A stretch of DNA of 64,000 nucleotides from an uncultured Gammaproteobacteria bacterium. GTDB taxonomy: Bacteria > Pseudomonadota > Gammaproteobacteria > GCA-001735895. The number at the start of each line of letters is the position of its first letter. The first letter of the stretch is position 1. The notes under the pieces were generated by a model. The model did no database searches. It was not told where the DNA came from and saw only the letters and a list, made by a program, of their open reading frames with translations. Shown here piece after piece: positions 58,122 to 64,000 of this stretch. Position numbers and translations under genes: made by a program. The stretch lies in NCBI GenBank assembly GCA_963835795.1, contig CAWIHJ010000015.1:57-64056 (forward strand). The letters are read 5' to 3'.

Positions 58122-58179
58122 GCCATCGCCAGCAATGGCACCAGTGGATACGGGAATTGACTCGCATTGTTTACCCGGT

Positions 58180-58205
58180 AAACTAATCAGCTTACTGATT
58201 AGTTT
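58180..58205. promoter_or_regulatory. Perfect 11-bp inverted repeat with a 4-bp spacer (AAACTAATCAG-ctta-CTGATTAGTTT) about 95 nt upstream of the 3-hydroxybenzoate 6-hydroxylase gene. Candidate operator.
   Basis: Direct reading. It is AT-rich, which is unusual for this genome, and no T-run follows. The regulator assignment (possibly the MarR at 61553) is an inference. Confidence 0.4.
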
Positions 58206-58299
58206 GTCATCGAGCAGCCATGTTGCCACCTTCCTCGCGTCGTGCTCGGGCCGCCCTGTTAACAGCGGCGCTGGTTGCGCTGCGTGAAAACTTTCAATC

Positions 58300-59487
58300 G
58301 TGACCCGCCTGCCCGTCATTGTTGCCGGCGCAGGTATCGGCGGCCTGGCCGCAGCACTCGGACTGGCGCGCAAGGGCTTTGCGGTCATCGTGCTCGAGCG
58401 TGCTGCCGTCATCGCCGAGATCGGCGCCGGCATCCAGATCGCGCCGAATGCCTTCCACTGCTTCGATTACCTCGGGGTTGGCGCCGAAGCCCGGGCTTCG
58501 GCGGTGTACATCGACAGCCTGCGCCTGATGAACGCCGTCGACGGCAGTGCGATCGCGACCATTCCTTTAGAAGACGAGTTTCGCCAGCATTTCGGTAACC
58601 CCTATGCCGTGGTACACCGGGCCGACTTGCACGGCGTGCTGCTCGATGCCTGTCGCCACAGTGAACTGATTGAATTACGCAGCCAGCACCGGGTCCGCGG
58701 CTATCGCCAGGACGGTGAGACGGTGCTGGTCGACTGCGAGGGCAAGACTGCCCTGCAGGGCCTGGCCCTGATTGGCGCCGATGGCTTGCGTTCGGATGTA
58801 CGCCAACAGCTGGTCGGTGACGGCGAGCCACGCGTTTCCGGGCACAGCACCTATCGTTCGGTGATCCCGACCGACCGCATGCCCGAGGATTTGCGCTGGA
58901 ATGCTGCCACGCTATGGGCGGGGCCGAAGTGTCACATCGTGCATTACCCGTTGAAAGGCTGGAAGCTTTTCAACCTGGTGGTGACCTACCACAACGACGT
59001 GGACGAAGCCGTGGCCGGTCAACCGGTCAGCAAGGACGAGGTGCGCCAGGGTTTTGCACACATTTGCCCGCGCGCGCAGCAAATCATCGAACACGGCGAT
59101 GACTGGAAACTGTGGGTATTGTGCGATCGCGATCCAATTTTGAACTGGGTGGACGGGCGCGTGGCCTTGCTCGGTGACGCCGCGCACCCGATGCTGCAGT
59201 ATTTCGCGCAGGGCGCCTGCATGGCGCTCGAAGACGCCGTTTGTCTCGCGCAGCAGTTTGCGGCGCACGGCGATGACGTGGCGACCGCCCTCGATCACTA
59301 CCAGCGCACACGGCGCGTGCGCACGGCCCGTGTGCAACTCGATTCACGCCTGATTGGCGATTACATTTACCACCCCGACGGCGCTACCGCCGAGGTCCGC
59401 AATCACCTGATGTCGCAGTTAAGCGCACAGCAATGGTACGACAAGCTCGACTGGCTGTATGGCGGCACCGGGCTGGAGACTAATTAA
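58300..59487 (+). CDS. 3-hydroxybenzoate 6-monooxygenase (FAD-dependent).
   Basis: 395-aa intact ORF with VAGAGIGGLAAALGLARKG, GADGLRSDVR and LLGDAAHPMLQYFAQGACMALEDA. Adjacent to gentisate 1,2-dioxygenase. Confidence 0.85.
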   Translation: MTRLPVIVAGAGIGGLAAALGLARKGFAVIVLERAAVIAEIGAGIQIAPNAFHCFDYLGVGAEARASAVYIDSLRLMNAVDGSAIATIPLEDEFRQHFGNPYAVVHRADLHGVLLDACRHSELIELRSQHRVRGYRQDGETVLVDCEGKTALQGLALIGADGLRSDVRQQLVGDGEPRVSGHSTYRSVIPTDRMPEDLRWNAATLWAGPKCHIVHYPLKGWKLFNLVVTYHNDVDEAVAGQPVSKDEVRQGFAHICPRAQQIIEHGDDWKLWVLCDRDPILNWVDGRVALLGDAAHPMLQYFAQGACMALEDAVCLAQQFAAHGDDVATALDHYQRTRRVRTARVQLDSRLIGDYIYHPDGATAEVRNHLMSQLSAQQWYDKLDWLYGGTGLETN

Positions 59488-59769
59488 CCCGGCGACTAAG
59501 TATGTCGTCTTCAGCCAACGCGTGTTTGTTCGCAGCAAGGCATCGGAACGCCGCTTTAGTACTTCTAAAGCAAGTTCCGATAACGCAGGCTGCGGGCAAA
59601 CACGCGTTGGCCTAACTGATTGAATATTAAATGATAGGGGCTTCTGATAAGCGCCATCTCGGCGTTGTCAGCTCTTGTCAATGGAACAACCATTACCTGC
59701 GAGCTGCGCCTTGATCTGGCGCTTATCAGAAGCCCTGAAGACGATATACTTAGTCGCCGGGTTAATTAA
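59481..59769. mobile_element. MITE-like non-coding element (~289 bp) with 34/35-matching terminal inverted repeats and two internal ~100-nt hairpins.
   Basis: Left end TAATTAACCCGGCGACTAAGTATGTCGTCTTCAG (59481-59514) against the reverse complement of the right end (59735-59769) shows one mismatch. The internal dyads are 59515-59610 and 59637-59735. The ends carry TTAATTAA/TAATTAA. It contains no ORF of its own. Confidence 0.6.
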
Positions 59770-59779
59770 GGAGCCTTCT

Positions 59780-60829
59780 ATGTCACTGACCGAAAAGCCT
59801 GTTGAAACGCCCGAACGCCTGGCCTTCTATGAAAAGATCGATCGGCTAGCCTATACCCCGCTGTGGACAGTGTTCGCCGACATCGTCACCCCGCAACCGC
59901 AAAGCCGTTGCCGTGCTCACCTGTGGCATTTCGACCAGGCGCGTGAATGGTTGCTGGAAGCGGGCGAGCTGATTACCGCCGCGGAAGCCGAACGGCGCGT
60001 GCTGATCCTGGAAAATCCCGGCATGCGCGGTGAATCGAAGATTACCACTTCGTTGTACGCGGGGCTGCAACTGGTGATGCCGGGCGAAGTGGCGCCGGCT
60101 CACCGGCATAGCCAGAGCGCGTTGCGTTTCGTCCTCGATGGCGCAGGTGCGCACACCAGCGTCGACGGTGAACGCACGCGCATGGAATTTGGCGATTTCG
60201 TGATTACGCCGCCCTGGGCCTGGCACGACCACGGTAACGACAGCGAACAACCGATGATCTGGCTGGACGGACTCGATATTCCCATGGCCAGTTTCTACGA
60301 TGCTTCGTTTGCCGAAGGTTACGAAGCCGCTGAATATCCACTATCGCGACCCGCAGGCGACAGCCTCGCGCGCTACGGCGCCAACATGCTACCGGTCGAC
60401 TACCAACCGCAGAACCAGGCTTCACCGATTTTCAATTACCCCTACGCGCGTGCACGCGAAGCGCTCGATGCGATGCAGGCCGGACAGGACTGGGATGCCT
60501 GCCACGGCCTCAAGATGCGCTATACCAATCCGCTCGACGGCAGTTCGGCGATGCCAACCATCTCGGCCTTTCTGCAACTACTGCCGGCCGGCTTCGAGAC
60601 ACTCCCCTATCGCAGTTCCGACGCCACCGTGTTCGTCGCCACCGAGGGTAATGGCCGCAGCACCATCGACGGCGAGGTTTTCGAATGGGGGCCACGCGAT
60701 ATCCTGGTGGCGCCGAGCTGGAAGTGGATACGGCACGAAACCAGCAGTGATGCCGTGCTATTCAGCTATTCCGATCGCATTGCGCAACAGAAGCTGGGAT
60801 TCTGGCGCGAGCAGCGCAGCAATACCTGA
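59780..60829 (+). CDS. Gentisate 1,2-dioxygenase.
   Basis: ORF 59675..60829. Start MSLTEKPVETPERLAFYEK at 59780 after AAGGAG. Bicupin with the motif AHRHSQSALRFVLDG...WHDHGN. Confidence 0.9.
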   Translation: MSLTEKPVETPERLAFYEKIDRLAYTPLWTVFADIVTPQPQSRCRAHLWHFDQAREWLLEAGELITAAEAERRVLILENPGMRGESKITTSLYAGLQLVMPGEVAPAHRHSQSALRFVLDGAGAHTSVDGERTRMEFGDFVITPPWAWHDHGNDSEQPMIWLDGLDIPMASFYDASFAEGYEAAEYPLSRPAGDSLARYGANMLPVDYQPQNQASPIFNYPYARAREALDAMQAGQDWDACHGLKMRYTNPLDGSSAMPTISAFLQLLPAGFETLPYRSSDATVFVATEGNGRSTIDGEVFEWGPRDILVAPSWKWIRHETSSDAVLFSYSDRIAQQKLGFWREQRSNT

Positions 60830-60849
60830 TTCAACTACGGAGATTGGCC

Positions 60850-61556
60850 ATGACCGAGTACGTTCTCGAACCCCCCACCACCGCCTCGATTGCCGTCACG
60901 AATTCCGCCGCGCGTTTCCCGGTGCGCCGGATTTTTTGCGTGGGACGCAACTACGCCGCACACGCGCGTGAAATGGGCAAGGATCCGGACCGCGAACCAC
61001 CGTTTTTCTTCACCAAACCGGCCGATGCCGTGGTCGACGATAACGCCGTGGTGGCTTATCCGCCGCTCACCAATAATTTACACTACGAGGCCGAGCTGGT
61101 GGTGGCGATGGGCAGCGGTGGTGTCAATATCGACGAGCAGGACGCACTCGATCACGTCTTTGGATATGCCATCGGCAATGAATTGACGCGCCGCGACCTG
61201 CAACTCGCCGCGCGCGATCATCGGGCGGCCCTGGGACTGGGGCAAGGCTTTCGACCATTCGGCGGTGTGCGGGCCGGTGCATCCGCTTTCCGAGGTTGGG
61301 CACCTGCAGCGGGGATTGATCCGGCTGAGCGGTCAACGGCGAGACCCGCCAGCAGGCCGACCTGCAGGATATGATCTGGAGCATCCCGGAGCAGATCGCC
61401 ATCCTTTCACGCAGCATGACGATCAAACCCGGCGATCTGATTTACAGCGGCACGCCGGCCGGAGTTGGGCCGCTGTTGCCGGGTGACGTTTGCGTGGTAG
61501 AGATCGCGGGTCTCGGGCAACTCACCACGCGCATCGGTGAGCGCGCACCGCTATGA
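60850..61556 (+). pseudogene. FAH-family hydrolase (fumarylpyruvate/maleylpyruvate hydrolase-like) with two +1 breaks (~61221, ~61331).
   Basis: Three frames concatenate: ...RIFCVGRNYAAHAREMG...YEAELVVAMG...LTRRDLQLAARD | GRPWDWGKAFDHSAVCGPVHPL...LIRLS | VNGETRQQADLQDMIWSIPEQIAILSRSMTIKPGDLIYSGTPAGVGPL... Confidence 0.8.
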
Positions 61557-62014
61557 GTGTTGCGCTGACCGCCATGCCAGGACATCTGTTACGCCGCTGT
61601 CAGCAGATCGGCGTCGCCATCTTTCTCGACGAATGCAACGGGCTCGAGCTGACGCCGCTGCAGTTCGCGGTGTTACAGACGCTAGCGAGCCGTGGGGCGT
61701 TGGACCAGGTATCGCTCGGTGGCCTGACGGCGATGGATCGCAGTTCGACCGCGCAGGTGGTGGGCAAGCTGGAACAGCGCAAACTGATAGCGCGCAAGCG
61801 TTCGCTTGCGGATCAACGCGCCAAGATCGTCAGCATCACTACCCAGGGGAAATCTGTGCTGGCTGCCGCCCAGCCGCGTGTCGAAGCCGCCCAGCGGCGC
61901 ATCGTTGCCCCGCTTGACGCACAGGAGCGGAGGCAGTTGATGGTATTGTTGAAAAAACTCGCCGAAGGTAATAACGCGTCCAGCCGGGCACCCGAGAAAA
62001 CACCCCGACCGTAG
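61553..62014 (+). CDS. MarR-family transcriptional regulator.
   Basis: 153-aa intact ORF with a winged-helix region (LTPLQFAVLQTLASRG...DRSSTAQVVGKLEQRKLIARKRSLADQRAK). 4-nt overlap with the FAH gene. Confidence 0.85.
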   Translation: MSVALTAMPGHLLRRCQQIGVAIFLDECNGLELTPLQFAVLQTLASRGALDQVSLGGLTAMDRSSTAQVVGKLEQRKLIARKRSLADQRAKIVSITTQGKSVLAAAQPRVEAAQRRIVAPLDAQERRQLMVLLKKLAEGNNASSRAPEKTPRP

Positions 62015-62026
62015 CGACCGGTCAGA

Positions 62027-62296
62027 TCAGATCGAGAACATCGACTCCAGGTCGTGCCTGGAAAAGGCCTTGAAGGCGAGCATGGTATCGGTTTTCTCGA
62101 TGCCCTCGATCATGCCGATGTGATTGGTCACCAGCTCGGCGACGTCGTCGTTGGTTTTACTGCGCACTATGACCACCAGGTCGTACAGGCCGGTCACCGA
62201 GTAGACTTCAGAAATCTCTTTCATGTCCGCCAGCTGCTCGGCAATCTCGGTGATCCTGTTGCTTCTGACATTGAGTAGAATGATGAAGGTAACCAT
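62027..62296 (-). CDS. Stand-alone Lrp/AsnC ligand-binding (RAM) domain protein.
   Basis: 89-aa ORF MVTFIILLNVRSNRITEIAEQLADMKEISEVYSVTGLYDLVVIV..., matching the RAM-domain pattern. It has no HTH. Confidence 0.65.
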   Translation of the reverse strand: MVTFIILLNVRSNRITEIAEQLADMKEISEVYSVTGLYDLVVIVRSKTNDDVAELVTNHIGMIEGIEKTDTMLAFKAFSRHDLESMFSI

Positions 62297-62358
62297 GTTT
62301 TTTCTCTGCTATCGGTTTGAATGGGTCGTTGACTCGCTATGTTAAACCGGATGCCCCA

Positions 62359-62823
62359 CTAAACGCTAACATCCACGGTGCGCTCGACTGACAACATCGC
62401 CCTGACATCCTGCGGGATCGGGCGCGCTACCAGCCGGGATGGATCCTCGGCATCGGAGTAACCCCATACCCGGGTTTCACTACCAGTCGCTACCGGTTCA
62501 TCGTGATCGTTGCGCCAGAACTCGTGAGCAACTACGAATGAACTGTTACCCAGGCGCTCGACCCTTGAGCGGCATTCGGTGACATCACCGAAATACAGCG
62601 GCTTGCGAAATGACATGTTGCTCGCCACCAGTGGACAACCACGAAAGAGCCTGTCGCTGTGGGTCTGTCCGATCAGGTCGAAGCCGGCCGCCTGCAACAG
62701 CGCATGCGTGCCGGAATCCATCCAGATGTAGTAGTGTGGATTGAAGATGATACCGGCGGGATCGCAATGCGCCCATTCGACGCGAATTCGTTGCGTGGCT
62801 GTAAACATGTCAGGTCTCGTCAA
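62359..62823 (-). CDS. 4HBT/YbgC-like acyl-CoA thioesterase.
   Basis: 154-aa intact ORF with a hotdog N-terminal motif (RIRVEWAHCDPAGIIFNPHYYIWMD). Confidence 0.78.
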   Translation of the reverse strand: MTRPDMFTATQRIRVEWAHCDPAGIIFNPHYYIWMDSGTHALLQAAGFDLIGQTHSDRLFRGCPLVASNMSFRKPLYFGDVTECRSRVERLGNSSFVVAHEFWRNDHDEPVATGSETRVWGYSDAEDPSRLVARPIPQDVRAMLSVERTVDVSV

Positions 62824-62967
62824 ATGGTTCGAAGTGGCCTATTGCCGCGATCAAGTGACTTTAGTCAGCACGGCTTTCCGCGCTACACTGGCGTCAAAAC
62901 AGGTATCAGTATATCGGATAGCGGTCGACACGCGTCAAGCGATGCCAGGCCGCGCCAACCACAGGAA

Positions 62968-63864
62968 ATGCAGATGTTCCCGAAAGACTTCAAACAACAA
63001 ATGATCACGGTCAATGGCATCGAACTGCAGGTGACCACGGGTGGCGCGGGCCCGGCGCTGGTTTTGTTGCACGGTTTTCCACAAACGCATCTTATCTGGC
63101 ACCGCGTAGCACCGCTGCTGGCGCAGCATTTCACGTTGGTGATGCCTGATCTACGCGGCTACGGTCACAGTGCGGCTCCGCCAGGCGATGTAAAACATCA
63201 GTGCTACAGTAAACGCGAAATGGCCCGTGACGTCATCGCCCTTGCCGATCACCTCGGGATCGAACGTTTTGCGCTCGCAGGCCACGACCGCGGCGGGCGC
63301 GTGGCCTATCGACTGGTGCTCGATAACCCGGGCCGGGTGACGCGCTTTTGCGCCATCGATATCATTCCCACCCTCGATGTCTGGGACGAGATGGACACCG
63401 CGGCCACGGTGGCTGCCTTCCACTGGTCGCTGCTGGCGGCAAGCGCGCCGTTACCGGAACGGCTCATCGGGCAAAATCCGGCGCTGTTCTACCGGGCACT
63501 GCTGGAGCGCTGGAGCGGTGACATCGAGCGGCTCGACGCGCAAGCCGTTACGGCTTACCTCGAGCAATATAGCGATGCGGCCAGGATCCATGCGCAGTGC
63601 GAAGACTATCGGGCGGGTGCGACCATCGATCGCGAACTCGACCAGATTGATCGTGACGCCGGACGGCGGCTGGATTGCCCGGTTTTGGTGTTGTGGAGCA
63701 CCGGTTACCTGGCCGACAAGGCGAATTCGCCGCTGGCAAGCTGGCGCAAATGGGCGGACGACGTATCCGAGGTGGCAATCGATTGCGGGCATTTCATCGT
63801 CGAGGAAGAACCGCAAGTGGCGGCGCAGGCGATGCTGGAGTTTTTCAACGAAAACGCAGGCTAA
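62968..63864 (+). CDS. Alpha/beta hydrolase (haloacetate dehalogenase / epoxide hydrolase-like).
   Basis: ORF 62659..63864. Start MQMFPKDF at 62968 or MFPKDF at 62974. Motifs: LLHGFPQTHLIWHRV and AGHDRGGRVAYRL (Asp nucleophile). Confidence 0.8.
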   Translation: MQMFPKDFKQQMITVNGIELQVTTGGAGPALVLLHGFPQTHLIWHRVAPLLAQHFTLVMPDLRGYGHSAAPPGDVKHQCYSKREMARDVIALADHLGIERFALAGHDRGGRVAYRLVLDNPGRVTRFCAIDIIPTLDVWDEMDTAATVAAFHWSLLAASAPLPERLIGQNPALFYRALLERWSGDIERLDAQAVTAYLEQYSDAARIHAQCEDYRAGATIDRELDQIDRDAGRRLDCPVLVLWSTGYLADKANSPLASWRKWADDVSEVAIDCGHFIVEEEPQVAAQAMLEFFNENAG

Positions 63865-64000
63865 TCGATCAGCGCGACTGCATCCCGTGCAAGAATGGGC
63901 GCCAACGCGCCATACTCAAAGGCCTTGCTGCTCGAGGCGTTACCATCCACAGCGCGGCGTAACACGCCCTGCAGAATTGCGGCAAAACGAAAGTAGCTGA
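63861..64000 (-). CDS. 3' end of a phosphotransferase (APH/ACAD10-N-terminal-like) gene; the gene runs off the right edge.
   Basis: The minus strand reads ...SYFRFAAILQGVLRRAVDGNASSSKAFEYGALAPILARDAVALID*. The FRxAxILQG...DGxASS pattern is from memory of this kinase-like family. Its TAG (63861-63863) overlaps the hydrolase stop. Confidence 0.45.
   Translation of the reverse strand, partial: SYFRFAAILQGVLRRAVDGNASSSKAFEYGALAPILARDAVALID

Overview
High-GC (by eye about 60%+) proteobacterial chromosomal segment, probably gammaproteobacterial because it carries an MltF-type transglycosylase. It is dominated by acyl-CoA-dependent catabolism. In order along the window: (1) a leucine/isovalerate (liu) cluster on the minus strand: thioesterase, liuR, ivd, thiolase, ACAD, MCC-beta and MCC-alpha, the last running off the left edge. 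It is divergent from a fused isobutyryl-CoA mutase (icmF), with hbd downstream. (2) A Liv/HAAT-type ABC importer bracketed by two acyl/aryl-CoA ligases, then a family III CoA-transferase. (3) mltF, two orphan genes and a PEP-CTERM-type secreted protein. (4) SDR, enoyl-CoA hydratase and DUF1330, then a low-GC ~3.3 kb insertion carrying a HEAT-repeat Ser/Thr kinase, then a histidine phosphatase. (5) A phnDCEE phosphonate-type ABC transporter and a hydrolase. (6) A large aerobic benzoyl-CoA (box) supercluster: FAD monooxygenase, a second intact LivFGMHK set, hydrolase, benzoate-CoA ligase and DUF4863, divergent from boxC, boxB, beta-oxidation-like genes, benE and an MFS transporter. (7) TRIC channel, TPR protein and hemerythrin. 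(8) A gentisate cluster: 3-hydroxybenzoate 6-hydroxylase, gentisate dioxygenase, FAH hydrolase and MarR. (9) A small AsnC-type protein, a thioesterase, an alpha/beta hydrolase and a partial phosphotransferase gene at the right edge. I recognised no rRNA, tRNA, CRISPR array, integrase or transposase. Main anomalies: (a) About 34 reading-frame breaks in 13 otherwise well conserved genes. They are strongly clustered and could be assembly indels or very recent decay; I cannot tell which from sequence alone. (b) The kinase insertion is flanked by ~297-bp imperfect direct repeats that duplicate the convergent 3' ends of the two neighbouring host genes. (c) A ~289-bp MITE-like structured element sits exactly at the junction of two gentisate-pathway genes. 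(d) A PEP-CTERM sorting tail is cut off from its protein by an in-frame TAA. All calls rest on manual translation and motif recognition. No alignments or database searches were run, and frameshift coordinates are approximate (+/-10 nt).
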